Assembly (NCBI GenBank): GCA_964016885.1
Contig: OZ024744.1
Location: 124,806,001 to 124,870,000 of the forward strand
Reading direction: 5' to 3'
Length of the DNA stretch: 64,000 bases
Source of the DNA: Eledone cirrhosa
Lineage: Eukaryota
This document shows positions 33,121 through 46,626 of the stretch, piece by piece. Under the pieces are notes generated by a model. It saw only the letters and a program-made list of their open reading frames with translations. It was not told the DNA's origin and searched no databases. Positions within the stretch are counted from its first letter, which is position 1; each line of letters starts with the position of its first letter. The position numbers were made by a program, and so were the translations under genes.

Positions 33121-34538
33121 ACAATCCGCCCACGTGGCGCCAGAAAGGGAGAAGAAAAGAAAAGTTAGACGCCGCCGATCGATCGGTTCGTTGTTTTACG
33201 TGTACACAGCTTGTGTGTGTGTCTGTATGTGATACAAGCCGCCTATCCGTCTTCCAAGTAAGTTTTGTGTGTAGACTGCGGAAAGAAATCCAATCCGCCG
33301 TCTAGGCGGTTCTGCCGCCGACCCATACTTTTGCGAGTCGCTCCCGGGAAAGACAGGCGGCAAGACGGCGTGTATACACGACGCCTTCCGTCTTCCGCCT
33401 CGAACCCGGCAAACGTTCCTTTATTCGTCCACGCCTTCCCGCTTCGATCGCGAGAAAGTAATCAATCTGTTTTGTGTGTGTGTCTGTGTGTGATACAAAT
33501 TTGTTTTCTTAATTTGATAACCATGAATTGTTTCAACACCGGCCCTTTTAAGGGCCACTTATATTTTCAATAATCAGTTTAAATGGGTTGCACCGTAGCC
33601 ACTTGGTAATACACTGCAAATCTCCCGTCAATCTATGAAGGTTTTGTAGTAGATTAGATCAAAACACAATCAGCAAGACAGTAATGGAATGAATAATATA
33701 AACATTTGTTTATAATTAAAGCCTTAAGATGTCCCTCCCTCCCTCCCTTCCTTCCTTCCTTCCTTCCTTCCTTCCTTCCTTACGATATACACTTTAATAA
33801 CATTGAAACTTATTTAATAAGTTTAAATTTTAAACACTTTTTATTCAGACGTACCGCGATAAGTAACTAGATATGTTCTAACGAATAATCCGCGATGTGG
33901 CGAGGATTACCGCGATAGGAAATTAGATACGTTCCAAAGAAATATCCGCGAAAAGTGAACCGCGATATAGCGGGTTCACCAGCCAGTGTATTACTGGTAC
34001 TTTATTTTATCGACCCCCATAAGGATGAAAGGCAAAGTTAACTGTGCAATAACAAAGGGAGATAACCTCGTCTTTTTTTTTTTACGGAGTTATTTCCCTT
34101 TAAATTTTATCTATTACTTATGATGATACAATTTAATCAGTTCTTAGCTGTCGAGACACTGCATCCTTTAAAACCTCCATGGAACAAGCTACCTGCAACA
34201 GTTGTTAGCTGTCGAGACACTGCATCTTTTAAAACCTCCATGGAACAAACTACCTGCATCAGTTGTTAGGGTCTGAGTTCAAATCACGCCGAGGAGGTTA
34301 ACTTTGCCTTTCATCCTTACGGGGTCGGTCGGAAAACGAACCATTCCCGGTTCGCTTTCGAAGCGGGTTTCCGAAAACAGCGCTTCTCTCGACCGGGCCC
34401 GTCGTCCGCTCGGCGGTGGTTTTCATCGTCCCAGGCACGGCTAACAGGCGGAGACGGGACAAACGCGCGTGTTCCTTTTTTTATCAGCCGCAGCGCCGTT
34501 CGTATATATGCTTAGGTTGTTTTTTTTTTAAATATCCT

Positions 34539-34720
34539 AAGTTAAGTTGGGGCTAAGTTAAGTTGGGGCTAAGTTAAGTTGAGGTTAAGTTGAGTTGGGG
34601 TTAAGTTAAGTGGGGGTTAAGTTAAGCTGGGGTTAAGTTAAGTTGAGGTTAAGTTAAGTTGGGGTTAAGTCAAGTTGGGGTTAAGTTAAGTTGGGGTTAA
34701 GTTAGGTTGCGGTTAAGTTA
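34539..34720. repeat. G-rich telomere-like minisatellite (GGGGTTAAGTTAAGTT)n
   Basis: About 11 copies of a 15-16-bp unit directly abutting the foldback satellite. Confidence 0.85.
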
Positions 34721-37700
34721 CATTCGCCGCCGGACTTCAGCTTCCTCATTTAGCATGGGCAGTCTTTCTTGAAAATCACACCACACACAGCAAATGTGTG
34801 TCCGCACATGTACCAGTAATTACAGATCGATTCCGGTGAAAATTCACTGAAAACGGGCCATCCGGCCCTGTGCGTCGATCGTGGGCCGGCCGGATGTTGA
34901 CGGATCGATGTGTAATTAGAAGTACATGTGCGGACACTCATTGGCTGTGCGTGGTATGCATTTCAGCAAGATATCTCCGTAACATCAAGAGTTATGGCTG
35001 TGGAGGCACACCTAGTCAAACGTAAACAAGGTCTGGAGCGTTTACGCTTCGCGATTTTGTTTACGTTTGACTAGGTGTGCCTCCACAGCCACAACTCTTG
35101 ATGTTACGGAGATATCTTGCTGAAATGCATACCGCGCACAGCCAATGAGTGTCCGCACATGTACTTCTAATTACACATCGATCCGTCAACATCCGGCCGG
35201 CCCACGATCGATGCACAGGGCCGGATGGCCCGTTTTCAGTGAATTTTCACCGGAATCGATCTGTAATTACTGGTACATGTGCGGAGACACATTTGCTGTG
35301 TGTGGTGTGATTTTCAAGAAAAACTGCCCATGCTAAATGAGGAAGCTGAAGTCCGCCGGCGAATGGTGTGCTTCGAAGAAAACTAATTCGAAAATGACCG
35401 TTTGCAGGCGGAGTAACCTTTTCGATCGTGGGCCAGCCGCCCGTGGTGGGATCCATCTGTAATTACTGGTACATGTGCGGACATACATTTGCTGTGTGTG
35501 GTGTGATTTTCAAGAAGAACTGCCCATGCTAAATGAGGAAGCTGAAGTCCGCCGGCGAATGGTGTGCTTCGAAGAAAACTAATTCGAAAATGACCGTTTG
35601 CAGGCGGGGTAACCTTTTCGATCGTGGGCCAGCCGCCCGTGGTGGGATCCATCTGTAATTACTGGTACATGTGCGGACACACATTTGCTGTGTGTGGTGT
35701 GATTTTCGAGAAAGACTGCCCATGCTAAATGAGGAAGCTGAAGTCCGCCGGCGAATGGTGTGCTTCGAAGAAAACTAATTCGAAAATGACTATTTGCCGG
35801 CGGAATCACCTTTTCGGTCCTGGTCCGGCCGGATCTTGCCGGATCGATCGGAAATTTGTGGACCATGTTCGGAAGGCCATTGTGCATGTGTGGTGAAAAA
35901 AATTTGTGTCGAAATCTTCTCGGAAAATAACGGATCGCCGGCGGAGATTGCCATTTCGATCGTGGGCCGGCCGGATCTTGTCGGATCGATTCGGACATAT
36001 GTGCATCGTGTTCGCAAGGCCCTTGTCTATGTGTGGTGTGATTTTCATAAAGAAATTCCGAAAAACCCAGTTTTAAATCTGATTTCGCCAAAGAATTTTG
36101 GCTATCAGATCGGGTTGAAAGGTATGGTTTCAGGTCGATCTGAAAGTCTAAAATGGAATTCACTCGGTTAGCTAACTTTTGATATATCGGAGATATCTTT
36201 CTGAAAATCACACCACACACTCCCAATGAGTGTCTGCACATGTACCAGTAATTACAGATGGATCCCACCACGGGCGGCCGGCCCACGATCGAAAAGGTTA
36301 CTCCGAAGCACACCATTCGCCGGCGGAATTCATTTAGCATGGGCAGTTTTTCTCGAAAATCACACCACACACAGCCAATGAGTGTCCGCACATGTACCAG
36401 TAATTACAGATGGATCCCACCACGGGCGGCTGGCCCACGATCGAAAAGGTTACTCCGCCTGCAAACGGTCATTTTCGAATTCGTTTTCTTCGAAGCACAC
36501 GATTCGCCGGCGGACTTCAGCTGCCTCATTTAGCATGGGCAGTTTTTCTCGAAAATCACACCACACACAGCAAATGTGTGTCCGCACATGTACCAGTAAT
36601 TACAGATCGATTCCGGTGAAAATTCACTGAAAACGGGCCATTCGGCCCTGTGCGTCGATCGTGGGCCGGCCGGATGTTGACGGATCGATGTGTAATTAGA
36701 AGTACATGTGCGGACACTCATTGGCTGTGCGTGGTATGCATTTCAGCAAGATATCTCCGTAACATCAAGAGTTATGGCTGTGGAGGCACACCTAGTCAAA
36801 CGTAAACAAGCTCTGGAGCGTATACGCTTCGCGATTTTGTTTACGTTTGACTAGGTGTGCCTCCACAGCCACAACTCTTGATGTTACGGAGATATCTTGC
36901 TGAAATGCATACCACGCACAGCCAATGAGTGTCCGCACATGTACTTCTAATTACACATCGATCCGTCAACATCCGGCCGGCCCACGATCGACGCACAGCG
37001 CCGGATGGCCCGTTTTCAGTGAATTTTCACCGGAATCGATCTGTAATTACTGGTACATGTGCGGACACACATTTGCTGTGTGTGGTGTGATTTTCACGAA
37101 AAACTGCCCATGCTAAATGAGGAAGCTGAAGTCCGCCGGCGAATGGTGTGCTTCGAAGAAAACTAATTCGAAAATGACCGTTTGCAGGCGGAGTAACCTT
37201 TTCGATCGTGGGCCAGCCGCCCGTGGTGGGATCCATCTGTAATTACTGGTACATGTGCGGACATACATTTGCTGTGTGTGGTGTGATTTTCAAGAAGAAC
37301 TGCCCATGCTAAATGAGGAAGCTGAAGTCCGCCGACGAATGGTGTGCTTCGAAGAAAACTAATTCGAAAATGACCGTTTGCAGGCGGGGTAACCTTTTCG
37401 ATAGTGGGCCAGCCGCCCGTGGTGGGATCCATCTGTAATTACTGGTACATGTGCGGACACACATTTGCTGTGTGTGGTGTGATTTTCGAGAAAGACTGCC
37501 CATGCTAAATGAGGAAGCTGAAGTCCGCCGGCGAATGGTGTGCTTCGAAGAAAACTAATTCGAAAATGACTATTTGCCGGCGGAATCACCTTTTCGGTCC
37601 TGGTCCGGCCGGATCTTGCCGGATCGATCGGAAATTTGTGGACCATGTTCGGAAGGCCATTGTGCATGTGTGGTGAAAAAAATTTGTGTCGAAATCTTCT

Positions 37701-40700
37701 CGGAAAATAACGGATCGCCGGCGGAGATTGCCATTTCGATCGTGGGCCGGCCGGATCTTGTCGGATCGATTCGGACATATGTGCATCGTGTTCGCAAGGC
37801 CCTTGTCTATGTGTGGTGTGATTTTCATAAAGAAATTCCGAAAAACCCAGTTTTAAATCTGATTTCGCCAAAGAATTTTGGCTATCAGATCGGGTTGAAA
37901 GGTATGGTTTCAGGTCGATCTGAAAGTCTAAAATGGAATTCACTCGGTTAGCTAACTATTGATATATCGGAGATATCTTTCTGAAAATCACACCACACAC
38001 TCCCAATGAGTGTCTGCACATGTACCAGTAATTACAGATGGATCCCACCACGGGCGGCCGGCCCACGATCGAAAAGGTTACTCCGAAGCACACCATTCGC
38101 CGGCGGAATTCATTTAGCATGGGCAGTTTTTCTCGAAAATCACACCACACACAGCCAATGAGTGTCCGCACATGTACCAGTAATTACAGATGGATCCCAC
38201 CACGGGCGGCTGGCCCACGATCGAAAAGGTTACTCCGCCTGCAAACGGTCATTTTCGAATTCGTTTTCTTCGAAGCACACGATTCGCCGGCGGACTTCAG
38301 CTGCCTCATTTAGCATGGGCAGTTTTTCTCGAAAATCACACCACACACAGCAAATGTGTGTCCGCACATGTACCAGTAATTACAGATCGATTCCGGTGAA
38401 AATTCACTGAAAACGGGCCATTCGGCCCTGTGCGTCGATCGTGGGCCGGCCGGATGTTGACGGATCGATGTGTAATTAGAAGTACATGTGCGGACACTCA
38501 TTGGCTGTGCGTGGTATGCATTTCAGCAAGATATCTCCGTAACATCAAGAGTTATGGCTGTGGAGGCACACCTAGTCAAACGTAAACAAGCTCTGGAGCG
38601 TATACGCTTCGCGATTTTGTTTACGTTTGACTAGGTCTGCCTCCACAGCCACAACTCTTGATGTTACGGAGATATCTTGCTGAAATGCATACCACGCACA
38701 GCCAATGAGTGTCCGCACATGTACTTCTAATTACACATCGATCCGTCAACATCCGGCCGGCCCACGATCGACGCACAGGGCCGGATGGCCCGTTTTCAGT
38801 GAATTTTCACCGGAATCGATCTGTAATTACTGGTACATGTGCGGACACACATTTGCTGTGTGTGGTGTGATTTTCACGAAAAACTGCCCATGCTAAATGA
38901 GGAAGCTGAAGTCCGCCGGCGAATGGTGTGCTTCGAAGAAAACTAATTCGAAAATGACCGTTTGCAGGCGGAGTAACCTTTTCGATCGTGGGCCAGCCGC
39001 CCGTGGTGGGATCCATCTGTAATTACTGGTACATGTGCGGACATACATTTGCTGTGTGTGGTGTGATTTTCAAGAAGAACTGCCCATGCTAAATGAGGAA
39101 GCTGAAGTCCGCCGACGAATGGTGTGCTTCGAAGAAAACTAATTCGAAAATGACCGTTTGCAGGCGGGGTAACCTTTTCGATAGTGGGCCAGCCGCCCGT
39201 GGTGGGATCCATCTGTAATTACTGGTACATGTGCGGACACACATTTGCTGTGTGTGGTGTGATTTTCGAGAAAGACTGCCCATGCTAAATGAGGAAGCTG
39301 AAGTCCGCCGGCGAATGGTGTGCTTCGAAGAAAACTAATTCGAAAATGACTATTTGCCGGCGGAATCACCTTTTCGGTCCTGGTCCGGCCGGATCTTGCC
39401 GGATCGATCGGAAATTTGTGGACCATGTTCGGAAGGCCATTGTGCATGTGTGGTGAAAAAAATTTGTGTCGAAATCTTCTCGGAAAATAACGGATCGCCG
39501 GCGGAGATTGCCATTTCGATCGTGGGCCGGCCGGATCTTGTCGGATCGATTCGGACATATGTGCATCGTGTTCGCAAGGCCCTTGTCTATGTGTGGTGTG
39601 ATTTTCATAAAGAAATTCCGAAAAACCCAGTTTTAAATCTGATTTCGCCAAAGAATTTTGGCTATCAGATCGGGTTGAAAGGTATGGTTTCAGGTCGATC
39701 TGAAAGTCTAAAATGGAATTCACTCGGTTAGCTAACTATTGATATATCGGAGATATCTTTCTGAAAATCACACCACACACTCCCAATGAGTGTCTGCACA
39801 TGTACCAGTAATTACAGATGGATCCCACCACGGGCGGCCGGCCCACGATCGAAAAGGTTACTCCGAAGCACACCATTCGCCGGCGGAATTCATTTAGCAT
39901 GGGCAGTTTTTCTCGAAAATCACACCACACACAGCCAATGAGTGTCCGCACATGTACCAGTAATTACAGATGGATCCCACCACGGGCGGCTGGCCCACGA
40001 TCGAAAAGGTTACTCCGCCTGCAAACGGTCATTTTCGAATTCGTTTTCTTCGAAGCACACGATTCGCCGGCGGACTTCAGCTGCCTCATTTAGCATGGGC
40101 AGTTTTTCTCGAAAATCACACCACACACAGCAAATGTGTGTCCGCACATGTACCAGTAATTACAGATCGATTCCGGTGAAAATTCACTGAAAACGGGCCA
40201 TTCGGCCCTGTGCGTCGATCGTGGGCCGGCCGGATGTTGACGGATCGATGTGTAATTAGAAGTACATGTGCGGACACTCATTGGCTGTGCGTGGTATGCA
40301 TTTCAGCAAGATATCTCCGTAACATCAAGAGTTATGGCTGTGGAGGCACACCTAGTCAAACGTAAACAAGCTCTGGAGCGTATACGCTTCGCGATTTTGT
40401 TTACGTTTGACTAGGTCTGCCTCCACAGCCACAACTCTTGATGTTACGGAGATATCTTGCTGAAATGCATACCACGCACAGCCAATGAGTGTCCGCACAT
40501 GTACTTCTAATTACACATCGATCCGTCAACATCCGGCCGGCCCACGATCGACGCACAGGGCCGGATGGCCCGTTTTCAGTGAATTTTCACCGGAATCGAT
40601 CTGTAATTACTGGTACATGTGCGGACACACATTTGCTGTGTGTGGTGTGATTTTCACGAAAAACTGCCCATGCTAAATGAGGAAGCTGAAGTCCGCCGGC

Positions 40701-43700
40701 GAATGGTGTGCTTCGAAGAAAACTAATTCGAAAATGACCGTTTGCAGGCGGAGTAACCTTTTCGATCGTGGGCCAGCCGCCCGTGGTGGGATCCATCTGT
40801 AATTACTGGTACATGTGCGGACACACATTTGCTGTGTGTGGTGTGATTTTCGAGAAAGACTGCCCATGCTAAATGAGGAAGCTGAAGTCCGCCGGCGAAT
40901 GGTGTGCTTCGAAGAAAACTAATTCGAAAATGACTATTTGCCGGCGGAATCACCTTTTCGGTCCTGGTCCGGCCGGATCTTGCCGGATCGATCGGAAATT
41001 TGTGGACCATGTTCGGAAGGCCATTGTGCATGTGTGGTGAAAAAAATTTGTGTCGAAATCTTCTCGGAAAATAACGGATCGCCGGCGGAGATTGCCATTT
41101 CGATCGTGGGCCGGCCGGATCTTGTCGGATCGATTCGGACATATGTGCATCGTGTTCGCAAGGCCCTTGTCTATGTGTGGTGTGATTTTCATAAAGAAAT
41201 TCCGAAAAACCCAGTTTTAAATCTGATTTCGCCAAAGAATTTTGGCTATCAGATCGGGTTGAAAGGTATGGTTTCAGGTCGATCTGAAAGTCTAAAATGG
41301 AATTCACTCGGTTACCTAACTATTGATATATCGGAGATATCTTTCTGAAAATCACACCACACACTCCCAATGAGTGTCTGCACATGTACCAGTAATTACA
41401 GATGGATCCCACCACGGGCGGCCGGCCCACGATCGAAAAGGTTACTCCGAAGCACACCATTCGCCGGCGGAATTCATTTAGCATGGGCAGTTTTTCTCGA
41501 AAATCACACCACACACAGCCAATGAGTGTCCGCACATGTACCAGTAATTACAGATGGATCCCACCACGGGCGGCTGGCCCACGATCGAAAAGGTTACTCC
41601 GCCTGCAAACGGTCATTTTCGAATTCGTTTTCTTCGAAGCACACGATTCGCCGGCGGACTTCAGCTGCCTCATTTAGCATGGGCAGTTTTTCTCGAAAAT
41701 CACACCACACACAGCAAATGTGTGTCCGCACATGTACCAGTAATTACAGATCGATTCCGGTGAAAATTCACTGAAAACGGGCCATTCGGCCCTGTGCGTC
41801 GATCGTGGGCCGGCCGGATGTTGACGGATCGATGTGTAATTAGAAGTACATGTGCGGACACTCATTGGCTGTGCGTGGTATGCATTTCAGCAAGATATCT
41901 CCGTAACATCAAGAGTTATGGCTGTGGAGGCACACCTAGTCAAACGTAAACAAGCTCTGGAGCGTATACGCTTCGCGATTTTGTTTACGTTTGACTAGGT
42001 GTGCCTCCACAGCCACAACTCTTGATGTTACGGAGATATCTTGCTGAAATGCATACCACGCACAGCCAATGAGTGTCCGCACATGTACTTCTAATTACAC
42101 ATCGATCCGTCAACATCCGGCCGGCCCACGATCGACGCACAGGGCCGGATGGCCCGTTTTCAGTGAATTTTCACCGGAATCGATCTGTAATTACTGGTAC
42201 ATGTGCGGACACACATTTGCTGTGTGTGGTGTGATTTTCACGAAAAACTGCCCATGCTAAATGAGGAAGCTGAAGTCCGCCGGCGAATGGTGTGCTTCGA
42301 AGAAAACTAATTCGAAAATGACCGTTTGCAGGCGGAGTAACCTTTTCGATCGTGGGCCAGCCGCCCGTGGTGGGATACATCTGTAATTACTGGTACATGT
42401 GCGGACACACATTTGCTGTGTGTGGTGTGATTTTCGAGAAAGACTGCCCATGCTAAATGAGGAAGCTGAAGTCCGCCGGCGAATGGTGTGCTTCGAAGAA
42501 AACTAATTCGAAAATGACTATTTGCCGGCGGAATCACCTTTTCGGTCCTGGTCCGGCCGGATCTTGCCGGATCGATCGGAAATTTGTGGACCATGTTCGG
42601 AAGGCCATTGTGCATGTGTGATGAAAAAAATTTGTGTCGAAATCTTCTCGGAAAATAACGGATCGCCGGCGGAGATTGCCATTTCGATCGTGGGCCGGCC
42701 GGATCTTGTCGGATCGATTCGGACATATGTGCATCGTGTTCGCAAGGCCCTTGTCTATGTGTGGTGTGATTTTCATAAAGAAATTCCGAAAAACCCAGTT
42801 TTAAATCTGATTTCGCCAAAGAATTTTGGGTATCAGATCGGGTTGAAAGGTATGGTTTCAGGTCGATCTGAAAGTCTAAAATGGAATTCACTCGGTTAGC
42901 TAACTTTTGATATATCGGAGATATCTTTCTGAAAATCACACCACACACTCCCAATGAGTGTCTGCACATGTACCAGTAATTACAGATGGATCCCACCACG
43001 GGCGGCCGGCCCACGATCGAAAAGGTTACTCCGAAGCACACCATTCGCCGGCGGAATTCATTTAGCATGGGCAGTTTTTCTCGAAAATCACACCACACAC
43101 AGCCAATGAGTGTCCGCACATGTACCAGTAATTACAGATGGATCCCACCACGGGCGGCTGGCCCACGATCGAAAAGGTTACTCCGCCTGCAAACGGTCAT
43201 TTTCGAATTAGTTTTCTTCGAAGCACACCATTCGCCGGCGGACTTCAGCTTCCTCATTTAGCATGGGCAGTTTTTCTCGAAAATCACACCACACACAGCA
43301 AATGTGTGTCCGCACATGTACCAGTAATTACAGATCGATTCCGGTGAAAATTCACTGAAAACGGGCCATTCTGCCCTGTGCGTCGATCGTGGGCCGGCCG
43401 GATGTTGACGGATCGATGTGTAATTAGAAGTACATGTGCGGACACTCATTGGCTGTGCGTGGTATGCATTTCAGCAAGATATCTCCGTAACATCAAGAGT
43501 TATGGCTGTGGAGGCACACCTAGTCAAACGTAAACAAGCTCTGGAGCGTATACGCTTCGCGATTTTGTTTACGTTTGACTAGGTGTGCCTCCACAGCCAC
43601 AACTCTTGATGTTACGGAGATATCTTGCTGAAATGCATACCACGCACAGCCAATGAGTGTCCGCACATGTACTTCTAATTACACATCGATCCGTCAACAT

Positions 43701-45125
43701 CCGGCCGGCCCACGATCGACGCACAGGGCCGGATGGCCCGTTTTCAGTGAATTTTCACCGGAATCGATCTGTAATTACTGGTACATGTGCGGACACACAT
43801 TTGCTGTGTGTGGTGTGATTTTCACGAAAAACTGCCCATGCTAAATGAGGAAGCTGAAGTCCGCCGGCGAATGGTGTGCTTCGAAGAAAACTAATTCGAA
43901 AATGACCGTTTGCAGGCGGAGTAACCTTTTCGATCGTGGGCCAGCCGCCCGTGGTGGGATACATCTGTAATTACTGGTACATGTGCGGACACACATTTGC
44001 TGTGTGTGGTGTGATTTTCGAGAAAGACTGCCCATGCTAAATGAGGAAGCTGAAGTCCGCCGGCGAATGGTGTGCTTCGAAGAAAACTAATTCGAAAATG
44101 ACTATTTGCCGGCGGAATCACCTTTTCGGTCCTGGTCCGGCCGGATCTTGCCGGATCGATCGGAAATTTGTGGACCATGTTCGGAAGGCCATTGTGCATG
44201 TGTGGTGAAAAAAATTTGTGTCGAAATCTTCTCGGAAAATAACGGATCGCCGGCGGAGATTGCCATTTCGATCGTGGGCCGGCCGGATCTTGTCGGATCG
44301 ATTCGGACATATGTGCATCGTGTTCGCAAGGCCCTTGTCTATGTGTGGTGTGATTTTCATAAAGAAATTCCGAAAAACCCAGTTTTAAATCTGATTTCGC
44401 CAAAGAATTTTGGCTATCAGATCGGGTTGAAAGGTATGGTTTCAGGTCGATCTGAAAGTCTAAAATGGAATTCACTCGGTTAGCTAACTATTGATATATC
44501 GGAGATATCTTTCTGAAAATCACACCACACACTCCCAATGAGTGTCTGCACATGTACCAGTAATTACAGATGGATCCCACCACGGGCGGCTGGCCCACGA
44601 TCGAAAAGGTTACTCCGCCTGCAAACGGTCATTTTCGAATTAGTTTTCTTCGAAGCACACCATTCGCCGGCGGACTTCAGCTTCCTCATTTAGCATGGGC
44701 AGTTTTTCTTGAAAATCACACCACACACAGCAAATGTGTGTCCGCACATGTACCAGTAATTACAGATCGATTCCGGTGAAAATTCACTGAAAACGGGCCA
44801 TTCGGCCCTGTGCGTCGATCGTGGGCCGGCCGGATGTTGACGGATCGATGTGTAATTAGAAGTACATGTGCGGACACTCATTGGCTGTGCGTGGTATGCA
44901 TTTCACTAAGATATCTCCGTAACATCAAGAGTTATGGCTGTGGAGGCACACCTAGTCAAACGTAAACAAGGTCTGGAGCGTTTACGCTTCGCGATTTTGT
45001 TTACGTTTGACTAGGTGTGCCTCCACAGCGACAACTCTTGATGTTACGGAGATATCTTGCTGAAATTCATACCACGCACAGCCAATGAGTGTCCGCACAT
45101 GTACCTGTAATTACACATCGATCCG
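34721..45125. repeat. Complete foldback satellite array (~10.4 kb), 7 palindrome axes
   Basis: Axes start at 35037, 36817, 38597, 40377, 41961, 43545 and 44977, giving spacings 1780, 1780, 1780, 1584, 1584, 1432. The steps equal one 196-bp or one 152-bp subrepeat. Confidence 0.95.
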
Positions 45126-45267
45126 ACGACGGACAGAGTATTCGGTTTATTTTCTTGACATATTTCTTTACATATTGTCCAGGCATGCACTTTTTCCATG
45201 ATTAGTTCTGTTGACGGCCCGCTTTCCAAAATACCTTATCCTGTGCAACGCCGGGTACCACTGCTAG
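45125..45267 (+). mobile_element. Helitron-type 3' terminus (second copy)
   Basis: CCTGTGCAACGCCGGG-N8-CTAG(45264-45267)|T. Confidence 0.7.
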
Positions 45268-45488
45268 TATATATATGTGTATGTATATATATATATATAT
45301 ATATTGGTAAACGGAATAGAAAATTGTGACAAATTGTTCACAGTGAAAAATAGTTTAATTAGGAATAAGTGATAATTAGTAATAGTATTGGTTAGTATTA
45401 AGTTTTGGTTTTAAGTTTTACCGGTTGCGCATTTCTAATGCTTTTCAAAAATAATTTTGAGATAGAGCGTCCGTGATGTTTGCTCTGA

Positions 45489-45532
<44 letters not shown>

Positions 45533-46097
45533 AACAGTAGAAAGGAAAAAGATTTTTTCAGTAGAAATTGCTGAAGAGATTCTTTCAGTGTAATTTCAAA
45601 ACATTAATTTATTTATAAAGTGGATATTTCCACATTTAATAATGGCACTGGGTTCAGCATTATATACATTGTCAATTGTGGATTCTACTTTTGGCACAAG
45701 GGCTGCAATTATCCAGTACATTACTGGTACTTTATTATTTATACAAATAATAATTGTTTCTACTTTTGGCACAAGGGCAGCAATTACCCAGTACATTACT
45801 GGTACTTTATTATTTATACAAATAATAATTGTTTCTACTTTAGGCACAAGGTCAGCAATTACCCAGTACATTACTGGTACTTTATTATTTATACAAATAA
45901 TAATTGTTTCTACTTTAGGCACAAGGTCAGCAATTACCCCAGTACTTTATTTTATCGACCCCGTAAGGATGAAAGAAAAGTTAACCTCAACGGGATTTGA
46001 ACTCAGTCTGTAAAGGGAGGTAACTGCTGGATTAATTTGGTTAATTAAGTTAACAGAAATTATGAACCGGTTTCTACAGAGCCTTCTGGACATTTAA

Positions 46098-46318
46098 CCC
46101 TTTAGCATTTAAACCAGCCATACCTAGCCAGAATACTCTCACATCTTTCTGTTCAAACCAGCCATAACTGGCCACTCATACTGACGTTAAGGTATTGTTC
46201 TCAATATAAATAATATCAAAATCTCATAGATTCGATATTATATGAGATAATTATGTAAGATAAAGCCTTTACCACAAAAATACAATAGTATATATAGAGT
46301 AATAAAAATGCTAAAGGG
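46098..46318. mobile_element. piggyBac-like MITE (second copy)
   Basis: Duplicate of 4481-4701. Confidence 0.65.
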
Positions 46319-46626
46319 TAAAAGTAGCTTATTATTTTGTGAGCTCTTGCTACTTATTGCTCTTGTGCATCAAGAACATACACAGCTTACATTTTGTTGC
46401 TAATCTCACTGAGATCCAACTACATCTCTTGTTTATCCATAGTTTGGAATTTCTACCTACTCCTTTCCTTTAGAATGATCAAGGCCATTTTCTTGTGGGG
46501 ATCTAGGCCCTGTTTTCCTTTCTATTTTGCCAAGTTATCTTACATCACTTTCATTCTAGACCATGCTTCCAGGTTTGGAATTTCTCCTCTAATTTTACCA
46601 CAGATTAAGTGACAAGGGTTCAATCA

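Noticed and set aside
33850-33980. Possible pogo/Tigger-like MITE remnant with repeated CCGCGAT motifs
   Set aside because: No matching pair of TIRs or target-site duplication could be identified.
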